Origin: Zygnema circumcarinatum SAG 698-1b
Lineage: Eukaryota; Plantae; Zygnematophyceae
DNA: 64,000 nt
Direction of reading: 5' to 3'
NCBI GenBank assembly: GCA_037447605.1
Contig: CM074809.1
Location: 1,850,689-1,914,688, forward strand
The position numbers and the translations under genes were made by a program. Within the stretch, counting starts at the first letter, position 1, and each line of letters begins with the position of its first letter. This document shows, piece after piece, positions 36,594-49,128 of the stretch. The notes beneath the pieces are model-generated. The model was not told where the DNA came from. It searched no databases and worked only from the letters and a program-made list of their open reading frames with translations.

Positions 36594-39566
36594 TTAGTGT
36601 TGCCCCGATTTCTTAATTTCATCTTCTAACGATCCGTTGAAAGCTGGCACAAGCTCCAGTGCTCCTTTGTTGTTGTTCATCTTATTTGTCGGATGAGTTT
36701 TAGAATGTTGTGATGGCGCTGCTTTTGAAAGAGCTCCCGGAGCGCCAAAGCCCGGCGGGTCTTCCACATCCCCAGAACTCATAAGAGGCTCCGCCGTCTT
36801 CAGAGAACGAGGTTCCATCTTGATATGGCCCAGCTTGCCTTTTCGGAGCAACATGATTTCTTGTCGGTGCACAAATACGAGGGCAGAGGCCCAAACCAAT
36901 AGCAATGCACCCATGATCCAGAAAAATAGATGGAAGTACTGCACAAAAACAGCGAGGGTGAGAATTCCGATAGGCCGTGGAAAAAGCATAAAGCCCTTAT
37001 TAAGTATGCACGTCTATCACATAGCGGCAACCAAACCAGCCCGCACAAGCAGACATGTAACAACTGTAATGCTGGGAGCTGTCAAAAGCAAAATTAGGCT
37101 GCGGGCTTCCAGGTTGTTTCATTCTCGTTTTACGCGTAACGCGCATCAGGACTTATATACATGCAGTCGTGCAGACGTAGAAACAGCTAAAGCATTGATC
37201 CGAAAATAGACAACGGAGAGATTTTGTTTTTCAAGTATCTTCACACCCCCCCTCGACTGCAAGAGTAACATCAAAGTCAAGTGAAATAACCCAAGATCCA
37301 AGTGAAACAGTCGAATCATTTCTGGCCAGTGCAACCAGTTATTTAACGAACAGCTAAAAACTCCCCGCAGTAGATGATGTATGACTTCAATGTACCCGAC
37401 GAAAAGGAGCAAAAACAGCAAAACAACCTATGCATACCTTGCTTTGTTCCTCTGTGACAGCTAGGTTCTCCTGAATTCCCGCACCTATCGGGTTTTCGCT
37501 GTCCAATCCTCGGACAGCTGGAGACTCTGCACCTTTCGAAATAAAGAAAAGGCATCTCAGCGATTCAGAGCCTCATCTACAGTAGGACCTCAAGTGCACA
37601 CGAAGGAACTTCGACCTTTTCCTTTGACAAAAAAGCAAGGAGTCGAATGCAGCAATCGCCACCAACACCCCTCAAAGAACTTAGAATGTTGGCAGAGAAA
37701 CCCGGAATAGCAGATCTCCATCCAAACAAGTTCCAAAGAGTGCCTATCCAATCCTCCTCAGTTTCTTCCTCTCCGACCATGAGCTAGCAAAAGTCTCTGT
37801 TGCCAGGCATTTCTTTGAACGAGTTTGGAAAACCATGGCACAATGACTAACCTCTTCCATCGTTATGTGAGAAAGCACACTGTGCAAATTCAGCTTCCTT
37901 CTTCCTTCAAGACAACACTGTTGACCAGGCAATCTTGCAACAAACAGACTTGGCAGCTTTAAACAAGGAATGGCATGAAATGCAATTAAACGACGAGAGC
38001 TTACTTTCCAATTCCTGCGGTTCGATCAAAGTCTGGCAATTGACTCCCATATGGGTACTTGGACACTTGCAGATGGTTCCGTTACTGGATAGGTTTGGCT
38101 CACAAGTTCCTCCATTTGCACACCATAACCCATCCTCACATATTGCAACTGGATTCTGGCACTTTGGCCCCTGCAAAGAGTCCAAACATATCTTTCAGGA
38201 TGGTCATAAGGCACCCAGCATGTACACAGCAACACAAATATAGCATGAACACGGGTCTACACATGACAGACACATGCGGGCCAATAATCTCATCGCGTTT
38301 CCCAAACATAGAAGCAGCAAAAACCACAGTAAGGACCTTCAATACTGCTTTTCCACAGTAGCTGAGACATTTGCTACTCTCTTGAGCTTAAAATCACGCC
38401 AATCCGGCCAATATCTCCCCCATTCCATTCTCCTTTCCATATACAGTCTGTGAGTATCAGTCAAAAAGCGTGAAGCATCTAGCAGAAATTCCAAAAAAAT
38501 ACAATTGAGATAAACTCTGCATATCAGTGTTTCCCATAGAATATGCCACATGAGCATCGAGGTCGGTGGCTCAGGATGATGCAGGACGGCTTTATGCTGT
38601 AGGAATGTTGCAAGCCTAGAATTCGACGTGGCGCTGTGACACGATCCAATCAAAGCAGCTAAACTGAACTGCGTGTTTTGTAGTGCAGATTTTTGAGCCA
38701 GTAAAGGGTCCAAGACATGACCAATTACCGGATACTACTACTACTACTATTACTACTACTATTGTTACTGATCAATTTCAATTTCCGAATTCGTTATAAA
38801 ATGTGTCTACTTCTTTGAGTTTGGCTCAATTAAGCCAAAACTATCATTAGTTGAAATTGGGTATCCAACAATCTAACGTTGCTCGGTGCGACCAGTGGGT
38901 TGTGCTTGTCCCCTGGTTGTTTCAGCGGGAGGGCAATGCAAATAATTCATCCGTACAGTTACTTTTTCGTTCTCATGTGCAAAGAAATTCCAAACCACTA
39001 TCCTTACCCTTTCAAAACAGTTGAGGAAAACAAAGGACTCAGTCAACTAAATATTTCACCAGCAGTACACGTCCTCCCGACCCTGGCGGTAAACAGATAG
39101 AGACGCACACCTGGAACCCAGCGGGACAAGAGCAATTGAAGGCTTTCTGCTCTCCCCGGTCGCCCAAAACATCCAGGCAAACTCCGCCATTCTCGCACCA
39201 CCAAGAGTCGCTGCATTTGACTGCTTGTGTCTGGCAAGAAGCTCCCCTAAAATACTGCCCGGTCACCGGGTCTGCCTCCGGGCACACGCAGCTCGGTTCT
39301 TGGAAAGCAGGATTTATTCTGCAGGTGGAGTTATTCAAGCAGCCCGGCTCGCACGCGACTGAGGAGTTTAGGGTTTCCTCTGCAGCGAAGGCTACAACTG
39401 GCAGACAGAACAAGTACCACCACTGTAGTCTTGCACACGCATTCCTTCGTAGGGTTCTTTGATTCCTGACAGCCTTAGATTGAAGCAAGTAATTAACCAT
39501 CTTGCTTTCAGAGAACAACAACATCAGGAGCGCTACCTCCTTTCCAATCCTATGCTTATATGACAC
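36594..39566 (-). CDS. Type I membrane protein with three tandem EGF-like repeats
   Basis: Exon 39111-39566 (hydrophobic WWYLFCLPVVAFAA, EGF1, most of EGF2) splices in phase 0 to exon 38005-38170 (GPKC.., EGF3). The terminal exon ~36594-36940 has a TM helix (FWIMGALLLVWASALVFV) and a cytosolic tail. The linker exons between 37.0 and 38.0 kb are unresolved. Confidence 0.75.
38733..38762. repeat. (TAC)n microsatellite, intronic
   Basis: Directly visible trinucleotide run. Confidence 0.9.
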
Positions 39567-40355
39567 CCTGGCAAATAACTATAAGAAAAGAAAAGATAAG
39601 CCTTGCTACATCCAGAAGAAAACGATGTATCGATGAATTAACTAAGTGTGGCGAAGGCGCCCTGCATGGTCTGGCCTGGCCCTCCCTCCTGCGTCACCTG
39701 CATCCCCTTGCAAGGACTTCGCCTCCTACCGGCCATGTCTGGAGCAGGGAAGCAGGGGAGCAGGTGAGCATGTGACCACCGGAGAGTTGATCCGCCGACG
39801 CCGACCGCTCGCCTGCCCAATGGGATCCACCCGCCTGCGTGGATCCACCGACATTGAAAGACCCCTGGGAGCTGCCGTTTGACCACTTTCCAACACAGTT
39901 TTTTTTAATATTTTGAACTGGGAAGATCCGGGCAGAAAAAAAATAGTCAGAACGAGCTGTTTTGCAGCCATGGACTTTCGGAAATTTTTGTCCGCCGCGA
40001 ACCGTTGCCGTAACCGAGCCTCAAAATTTTCCACTCAATCAGACTCGGTCAAAAGTTATCAGTGCAAAAATAATAGCAATATTGGGTCTCCAGGCACGTC
40101 CGCTCTGTGCGATTCAAGGCCACGTGGCACGGTCACACGGCCGTCCTCCGACGGCGCACTCACGCCCCGCCACGTGGCATGACGTTCGACAGGATCTTCT
40201 CCGCGGCTAGATCCACCCCAGGCTGGACCCGCCCAATGGTTGATGCGATGGGCCAGGCTGTCAGATCCACACTGCGGTCAGAGGCGTGGATGCGCCGCAA
40301 GGCCGCCCTCGCGTTGATCCCAGCGAACGCGTGGGTCTGCCCGGAGCCGGTCGGC

Positions 40356-40400
40356 TTTAGGGTTAGGGTTAGGGTTGGGGTTGGGGTTGGAGTTAGGGTT
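40356..40400 (+). promoter_or_regulatory. Interstitial telomere-like/telo-box array (TTTAGGG-TTAGGG-TTGGGG) upstream of the SAP18 start
   Basis: tttagggttagggttagggttggggttggggttggagttagggtt ends about 80 bp before the SAP18 ATG. Confidence 0.6.
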
Positions 40401-40477
40401 CCCCCCGGCTGCTCCTGCTACTGCTGCTGCTACTCCTGCTGCGGCTGCAGGCGGAGGAGGAGGCGGAGGAGGAGAGG

Positions 40478-43032
40478 ATGGCGCTGCACGTGGCGGTGGC
40501 TGCTGCGGCCGCGGACGTGCAGAATCGCCCGCCTCGTCTGCCGCACGCGGGCCGCATGGGGCCCGCGCCAGGCGCGCCTCCTGCGCGCCCGCTGGTGGCC
40601 GTGGATCGCGAAAAGGTGAGCTCAGGGAGGGCGAAGGAGGCTGGGCGGCTGCTGCGGGATTCCATTGGGGGGCGGATGGTGGCTGTTGCGGCTGGCAGGC
40701 TCTGAGCGCTCGTGCTGACTGTTTGTGGTCGGGGTTTGGGTGGATGCTGCAGACTTGTCCGCTGCTGCTCCGCGTGTTCACCAAGGTCAGGTCCGCTCTG
40801 GCATCCCTTAATACGAAGAGTGCATGGTTGGAAGGCTGTTTTTGGGTCGCTGCATGGTTGCAAAGGAGGGACTTGTTGAATGAGCTTCGTTTTTGAGGTA
40901 AGGCTGTAGGAGATTGATTGCTGGAACTTACAGAATCACACTGTTGCACAAAATCCGCAACCATAGCATTAGTATGCTTTGGTTGCTGATGGTTATGACG
41001 TTATTTCCTACATGTACGTCAGAAAGGCCAACATGTCACTTGAAACGGAAAGCTCAACACAATTCTCTTGATACCGCTAAAAAATTAGAGAATTTTTTTG
41101 AGAGCCCGATTCTCAATTTGCTTTTATCTGCATTTCACAACTGGAGTAGTTCTTAACCTCGCCAAATCCTTGCGGCGCACTCGACTTGTTGTTAAACAAC
41201 TTCGGAAAACGCCTCAAGCTGCGCTCAAGTATTTTCTACCAAAGGGGGAGAGCAAGAAGTGTGAAATATTATAAAAAAATTATCAGGAGATCATAAACAC
41301 GGGGGATTTCGACAAGTTTATGGCCTTGTGCGAATGAATTTCATATTGGGAAAGATGATAATATTGGACTTGCATTCGTCAAAGTTGTTATTAGGCTTAA
41401 GTTAATGTATGTTGGACCGACCCGTAGTTGTATCACAGTTCCGCTCCACTTTCATGAAGGCATTTTTGTCGTGAAGGTATGCCCAAGCTTATCACAATTT
41501 TTTAGGCTGGCTTTCTAGGAGCGTTTGAGGTGTGCAGATGTTGCTCACATCATGCTTCTATAACTCAACCTTACAAACGCCCGTGAGCTCACATAATTCA
41601 ATCGGTTTAACATTACAATGGCATGTCAGATGATGCAGGAAGCATCTTAAGTCTGGCTAGTCCTTAATTGTATGAGTGCTTGTCGTGATCGACTTGATGC
41701 AGCATGGAGCACATCACAAGCTGGAGGAATTTGCAGAAAGGGGAAAGGAGCCCAAGGATGAGGTGCAGGTGTACACGTGGAAAGATGCGACGTTGCGAGA
41801 GCTGACAGACCTGGTACATACGAGCACTTCGTTTCTAATAAATCTGAAACTATTAAACTGAGTTTTTTCTTTTTGGAAAAATCTTATCTTGACATTTTGT
41901 TTCGTTACTGTCCGTAGCATTCTCCCTCTTGAGATACTTTGCCTCGTAGATTCGTTTAATGGTCAGGTTATGCAACTCAGATTTATGATAACAAAGGGCA
42001 AAAAACCCCTGAAGAAACCCCAGATAACCCCTGAAGAGTACCTCGATTAGTACCCCTGCCACTCTTTTCTCAGTCCTTTTCTCCTTTCAAAATAATGCCT
42101 TCTCTCCCCCTCCCCCCCACCCCCCATCTCCAGCCTCTTGAACCCGGAAGAATATGCCATGACATGTACGGTTCTATTGTTCCTCGAAACCCTTTGCATG
42201 GTTAACGTTTCCTGTTCGCTATCGATCGACTTAGTTGTTTTCTATTAGATCCGAGGAGGCCAGTATGTTCATTTCGAGCCAGAACCCAACGAAGTCCATT
42301 CTGGTACACCTTTATTTTCTTTCTCTCAGCGTGAACCTAAGTTTCCTACATTTTGTTATTACCATCTGTTTACTTAACAGGTGAAAGAAGTTGCTCCACT
42401 TGCGAGGAGAAGAGAGGCGCGCCTTTCGTTTGCATTTGTTTATCCAAATAGACGGGGACGCAATGTCATGAGAAATGTGAGTTTAAATCCAAAATTTAAT
42501 TTATTGGTTTAAAGAAATACTATGTAAAGTTTCACAATCAGGTTGAAAGGGACAGGCAGAGTCAATTCCACTCTATATCTCTATGTGGAAACCTTTTCTT
42601 TGCGTCATTCATGGAGCCGACGGCTTCTCACGACTGGCCTATGTGGTGGTCTTCCTGGACAGGTGGGCATCACATACTCAAGCAGCAGGCGAACACCTGA
42701 CGACAACAAAACCTTGGAAGAATTGAGCTTTCAGGTGAAGTCAGATCTGCGCCTGTTGAAAGTCTCCAGACTTGTCAGATCCCCACCCCCATGCTCTTTC
42801 ACTCTGTCCCTCTCTTCTCCTGCGCCTTTGCTCCCTCCTCCGTCTCTCCCTTACTCTCGGATCCCATTCGACCTCTCTCTTTCCAACGGCCAGATTGGGA
42901 TGGACTACCTTTGTGGAGCAACTTTCATAAACTGAAAAACAAATTCCAAACGGGAACCAAAGTGTAAAATGTGCCGCTCTTTGCGTTGTGGTGCAGACGG
43001 GGGACTTCTTGGACGTGGCAATTTACGCCTGA
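40478..43032 (+). CDS. SAP18: Histone deacetylase complex / ASAP subunit SAP18, 161 aa
   Basis: Exons 40478-40615, 40753-40785, 41703-41813, 42381-42476, 42663-42734 and 42997-43032 are all phase 0. They give VDREKTCPLLLRVFTK, EPKDEVQVYTWKDATLRELTDLVKEV, RLSFAFVYP and GDFLDVAIY. Confidence 0.97.
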
Positions 43033-46000
43033 GGGATCTTCAGAACATAACGGAACGGACAAGGGAGGTGTTAATTGAACATCGCGGCCAATGGCCAAGC
43101 TCACTGCAGTCAATAATGCATCATGATTTCCAATAGTCCAAGGCCTCGTCAGGAAACGTCTATCCACTCGACAGCAGCACGTGCCTTCACAGCCAAAGTT
43201 TTCCAGGACACTACGGATCTGATGCAAAGCCGACCTATGCCCGCGGTTGTGAGGCAGAGGATACGAGCGGCAGTTTGACATGGTCAGACTGAGCCAGCTT
43301 TAGCTCGTGCCCGCTGCTTGAGTTCCAAAAAGATGAAGTGCACTGTGTCCTCCACAGCGCGCAAAGAAGCAGCTGGGAACTCCTATGCAGTTTCAAGCAT
43401 GTTTTCGAGCCATCAGTGTGAGGCATCCATATGTGCTTCTTTATGCTGTAATCGTGACATTTCTGTAAATCAGATAGACTTGTGGAATCCGCCTCACATG
43501 CATTGAATATGAGGATTTTCTTCATCGTGGCCCTTGCATTTCCTTTCGTCCTTGCTAGCCTTAGAGTCCTACGAGCCAACGGCACGTTGGTCAATTGTGC
43601 CCGTAGCGCACAATACTGGCAAGGCAAGGGTCCCGGCACGATCCTACGAGTACTGGCTCGGTTTCTTAGCGAGACTGTGTCGAACTGTCTGGTGTGTGGC
43701 TGTATGGCACCCTCTGGAGTACGGCAAGTGACAAAAACCAGGCTACTCACACAACATGGGGATGGCAGACTACAATTGTACAAACCATCATCCTTGTGGT
43801 CCTTCCACAAACAAAGTCAAGCTCAACAAAAATATCTGCTATCCATTCTTCTCAAATTTCCGAGTAACATTCACACTGTTGCTATGGCTGTCAAAGGCTA
43901 GACAAGTTTTGTAGCCTAATCGAAGACTGCACTTTATGCTATGAAATACCAACCGTGGAGACAATATATTTGGTTTAGTTTCCCTCGTTTCTAAAAAAAT
44001 CCATAGAAGAACTCTTCATGATCCTCTCCCTTCCAGTACGCACGCGTTACTCTGATCCACCCTTTACATGGTTCGGAAAGTTAACATTTCCACAGGGCCA
44101 CTTTTACCTCATTCTGCACCGTGGTTTTAACAACAGGTTGATCTGAGGCCAAGGACCCATGGGCCATAGCCATGGCCATGTGAGGAGGAAGTCAGGGATC
44201 ACCCATCAGTCCATCACACAGTCATCCGTCCAATCGCTTCATCCTCCGTTTGTTTCTGTGTCAATCAGGAGTGGATTCGCATTGGTCTGACATCGGCGAA
44301 GGTACGCCATCAAATGTACAATGCACAACCAATGCGAAGGACCAATGCGAATCGGTGACCTACAAAACGATAGAAAGACTGCTTGCGAGCGGACCCCTGC
44401 CTCGACTCGCCTCGACTCGCGGCCCACCAAGACAACACGAGCAGAGCAGAGCGACCTCGGCTCCAGCGACTCAGCGAGCGAGGACTAGATACGGCCTCCC
44501 TCACTCCCTCCCTCCCTCCCTCTGGGCTCGGGCCCTGGCTCCGCGCGCTCGCTCGCTCGCTCGGAACGGAACGGGATGGAACGGAACGGCGCAAAGGGTT
44601 GAGAATGAACGGGACGGAACGGAACGGAGCTGAGCTGCAGCATTTGGCGCTGTCCTCTGTGGACGGACGGACGGACGGACGGACGGCCATTCGGCCGGCC
44701 GGCGGGCCCTCGGCCACCACGTGGCAGCTCGCAGCCCTTGGCCCTCCGCTTCGCGCAGCAGGACGCCCTCCCGCCACCGCCGAGGCCGTACGGGCACCCT
44801 CCCGTACGATCCGACCGTACGCGCGGCCCAGTCACCGACCAAACCCCCAGACCGTACATGTCGTTCAAATTTAATGGTCGTAAGGCCATTCTAAAAGTGT
44901 TCTAAAACTCCAACTTTAGATATTAGAACGTTCTAATTCTGCTATCTAAAACTCTAAAAGTCCCTTGTACGGACTTTTTGCCATCATCCAAATCCCTCCT
45001 CTCCGGTCCCGTAGCGGTTGCGCCGTACGGCTTGCCGTACAAACCGGTTGCAGATTAAAAGCGCCAGTTTGCAACTTGGCGTGAACGTGCCTCTGCGCGG
45101 CCCTCCACGTCATTATGTCCTGCGCGCGCCATGCCCCGCCGCCGTACGGCCATGTGCCAGTTCGTACAAATGTCGGTTGCAGTCGCGGCGTCCGTACGCG
45201 TACCGTCCCCGCCGGATCCGCGCAATCCGCGGGCGGTTCGGCCAGCTGGCGCGCGGCCCCTCCCCTCCCCCAGCGCCACGTGCCCGCCCGCTGTTCGCCC
45301 GCCACGTGGCCTGCCGTACGCCGCGCCCTGCCCGCGGCGCGAAGTGGCCGCGGCGGGCGGGCGGGCAGCCACACGCTCGCGCCGCCACTCGCGCGCTTGT
45401 CGCTTCTGCCGCCCTCGCGTCCGCCCGGCGCGCAGGGCGTGGCCGAGGATCAACGCCGCGTGGCGCCCTCGATATTTTCCCTCCCTCCCTCCCTCCGTCG
45501 CGCGCGTGTGGACCTGGCCCGGAGGCGGCCCTCTCGCCCGCGCGGCACGTGATCCCGGCCAGGTTCAACTCCCGCCGGGGCCCTCCGCGGCCTCCCATTG
45601 GCCGCGGGGCGATGTGCCGCGTCAGCACCTCCGCGCGGCCGCGATTCCACGTCGCGCGTCGTGCCCGCTCGGCCGTACGGTCGTACGGTGGCGGGCCGGC
45701 CCGCAACGTGTCCGTCCCGCCGCCATTCCGCGCCCGCCTGCCGGCCGCTTGCCGGCCGGCTGCCGGCGGCGCTTACGACGGCGCCAGCGCGGCGCCGTCT
45801 TGCGTCCCGACATTTAGTTGCCGCCCCTGCCGAACGTCGCCCGGACCACGTCCAGACCAGTCTCGAACGTTCGTACAGTCAATCGACTGTCCAGAAGCCG
45901 TTCGAGCATTCCGAAGCACGACGCGCCGTCGATGCAGGATCCGAATCGCCGCAACGGCTGGCGGGGCCGGCGAAGCCTTGGCGCGTCCCTTGGCCGGCAC

Positions 46001-46160
46001 GGCAGCCGGCGGCGGTCAACCCTGCAGGCCCTGCCGGCCTATATGGCGCGGCCCGCGCAGTTGGTGGGTAGAGCCGGGGCAGCGAAAGCGAGGCAGGAAG
46101 GGAGGGGGAGAGAGGGAGGGAGGGAGTGAGGTGAGCGAGAAGGGGAGGAGAGGCACGGGA

Positions 46161-46945
46161 ATGGGCAGGCAGGCCATGGCGCCCTCGCACGCCTCTCTGA
46201 AGCACATGCTGGCGGAAGGCTCGCAGGTAGCACCCCACTGGAGCCCAGCACCAGCGACAGGCGCTCCCCTGCAGGGAAAGAATGGCGGTAAAATGAGGAA
46301 GGCGGGCGGGGGGAGGCCGAAGGTGAAGTACGGAGGCAGCGGCAGCCCTTCCCACGACGCGGTGGCGGACTTTGGCCTCATGGCGGCCGCAGACGCGCGG
46401 CATCTGCAGAAGCTGAGAAATGCTGACATACTGAACAGTCAGTGGGGCAGTGTGGGAGCCGGAGTTGCGGAAGCCATGGTGCCCATGAGGAGGGCCGAGT
46501 GGAACATGCCTCTGGGAGGGAGAGAGACCTGGGGCCAACAGGCGGCCCTGGAGCCGTACGACTTCGATGGATTGGGCGCTCCTCTGACTCAGAGCAACCC
46601 TAATCTCGCTGCTCGCCATGGCCGCGGCCACTTGCCTGTGGAGAGCAATATGCATCTCTGGGATGAGGCGGAGGCCGAGGAGTTCTACGGGAGGAGGTTG
46701 CCCCCCCCGCAGTCCTCCGCCATGGGACATCTGCGGTTCGACCGATTTGAAGGCGATGGGATGGAGCGCAGCCGTGTGGCGACGGGACGGAGAGGCGAGG
46801 GGAGGATGTGGAGGGAGGGCGAGACGGCGTGGGAGGGAGCGCTGGGGAAAGAGATGTCTGCTGGCTTTTTGATGTCGTTGAAGGAGGAGGAGCAGCTTCA
46901 GTTGAGAAGGAGGGCGCAGCAGCTGCTGAGGCAACAGGAGGTGGC

Positions 46946-46980
<35 letters not shown>

Positions 46981-47609
46981 CTCTGCGGCCGTCTCGCAGT
47001 CTGCAGGCGCTGCAGCAGGCGCAGGAGCAGCAGGTCTATGTGCAGCAGGAGCAGTCTGTGCAGCAGCTGGCGATGCTACTTGAGCAGCAGCGGCTCATCA
47101 TGCAGGCGCTGGCATTCGAGGAGAGCGAAGCGCGGAGGGGGTCTCCTGACCGCCATGTAAAGGGAGGGAGGCCGGGGATGGAGTTTGATGACCACCTGCT
47201 TTTCGATGCGGAGAGTCTCTCTGCAGGTGAATATGGAATGGAGCAGGGCAAGGGTGCGCCGTATGAGGTGCAGAACGGACGGCCGGTGGCGGAGGGATAT
47301 CAGTCGCACTCCCCTCGGAGTGTGCAGGACTTCCCTGAAGCGATGCTGGACGCCACTCGTCGTTCTCCCTCTCCTCCGCAGGGAGTGTACGAACGCGGCC
47401 TGTGGAGACCTTTGGAGCAGCAAGTTGTAAAACATCGTGGGGAGAAAGTCCATTCACCGATTGCGACGGAATGGAAGGGGAAGGCGAAGCAGTCTCTGCC
47501 TCCGATGCACCGAGGATCAGCGCGGTGCTTGGAGGCGACGGAGGAGGTCGCACTTCCGTCGCAAGATGAAATGGATTCTTTTCTCTCCTCTGTGCAGTTT
47601 GTCCGCTAG
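46161..47609 (+). CDS. Uncharacterised single-exon poly-glutamine protein (~480 aa)
   Basis: 3' half of the 863-aa track ORF. ATG 46161 or 46176 follows a GA-rich 5' UTR-like tract. Coding-like composition, Q-rich coiled stretch, no recognisable domain. Confidence 0.65.
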
Positions 47610-48975
47610 GCCGGACACCTCTGCGAAGCTGCCTTTCCTTCCTGTGGCATTGAAGCCCCTGCCTTGGCGAAGGACGTGGAGCAGCAGAGCAAGCGGTTTG
47701 GGAAATTGTGGATTTATTTAGTGTCGGTATTTTTGAGATTCTAACTGCAAGATTGGTTATCTCTATTTTTTTTCCCTTCCAGAAGTTCGGATTGGAAGGG
47801 GTGCTGCCGCAGGCTGCAGTGCAGCTCGCATTAATAACATGACAGTCTGTGGAAGCCTGCCGCAGATGGTCGGCTGAATAGGCTGATCCTGTAAGGTGTT
47901 AGGATGCTTAGGATGTTGACCATTGTGAGACTTCATTGACAAATGTCAATCTGTATAGACAGCGGCCGGCCATCTTCTTCTTCCTTCAGAAACAGGATGC
48001 TCGGAGAGATGGCACTCCGGGTGCAACTCCACTCTGGCTGTCGAGACAGTGATTATCATGTAAGGGAGGAGAGATTCTGTACAGGTTTATTAGATTGGAC
48101 CTGGTAGCAGCAGGAAGCGCTGTTAGGGTATGCCACAGCAGGGATTATTTGCGGCAATGGACAAAAAAAGGCTGCGGTAGGTGCACTCATGCTCGATCTT
48201 AGCCTGCAAGAATGCGGGAGGCGAAAATGTTTTTTCTGTCTAGCATTTGCGGATGGAAGGCGAAGCTTTCGTCCGGGAGGGAGGTTAGACTCAGGGCCTT
48301 CTGCACTGTTTTGTCGAGCAGGGCTGCGCAGCCCTAAACGAGGGCGAGCTATGTCCAACATATGTTCAAACATTCATCAGTTTAGAAGTTTTTTTCCAGC
48401 AAACATTTATATTGGATTTAAAATGTAGAGTATCCCATAAGCACTTTCAGCAGTAGGCGGTCATATATGTTGTATATGTCTTTGACCAACAAAGTATTAT
48501 TGCATTATGTCATTACATAATCTCTCTGCTCAAATGTTCTTATCTCCATGGATGTTATATGTTTTTGGTGTGTCCTCATCAGTTAGCTTCTCAATATGTG
48601 GCAATTGGAGGAAGTTGTTTTCGTCTGTGAGCTATATGGCATTGTAACGCGTGATAAAAACAGTTAAATGGGGAAAGAGTGAAATGTCTGGTACTAGTTG
48701 ACACAACGTTCGGCTCTGTCAAACTTGGATTTGAAATATTACAGAAAAAAAACTGTCAATCTGATACGAAAAACAAATTATGGTAAATATGAGCATTTCT
48801 TACGACCTATTTCGCAACTATGAGAAATTATCGTCATTCAACTAGTCCAGTCTGGATCAAGAACGTTCATTTCAGAAACAAATCTCTGAAGCCTGTTGAA
48901 GTTTGCACCATGTGTCAGACTTCAAGATCGTCAGTACTCCTTTCCGCAAGTTTTATACAAAAAACAATGACAATA

Positions 48976-49128
48976 GGGGGTGTCAGACTTAAAAAATTTC
49001 AGTACGTTCGTACGTTTGACATCAGAACGAGTACTCCAGTATAATCGCGATCCTCCTGCGGCGGAGTACTTTCGTAACCTTTTTTTTCGTAACGCTTTTC
49101 GTAAGATTTTGTTAAGTCTGACACCCCC
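48976..49128. mobile_element. Tc1/mariner (Stowaway-like) MITE, 153 bp
   Basis: Perfect 16-bp TIR GGGGGTGTCAGACTTA / TAAGTCTGACACCCCC flanked on both sides by TA. Confidence 0.75.

Noticed and set aside
40107-40964. Long overlapping ORFs around the SAP18 promoter
   Set aside because: GC-rich UTR and repeat sequence. Only the spliced SAP18 frame has homology.
45018-46160. N-terminal 380 codons of the 863-aa track ORF and the antisense ORFs
   Set aside because: Stop-poor GC island giving Arg/Ala/Pro-rich translations in all frames; treated as promoter/UTR.
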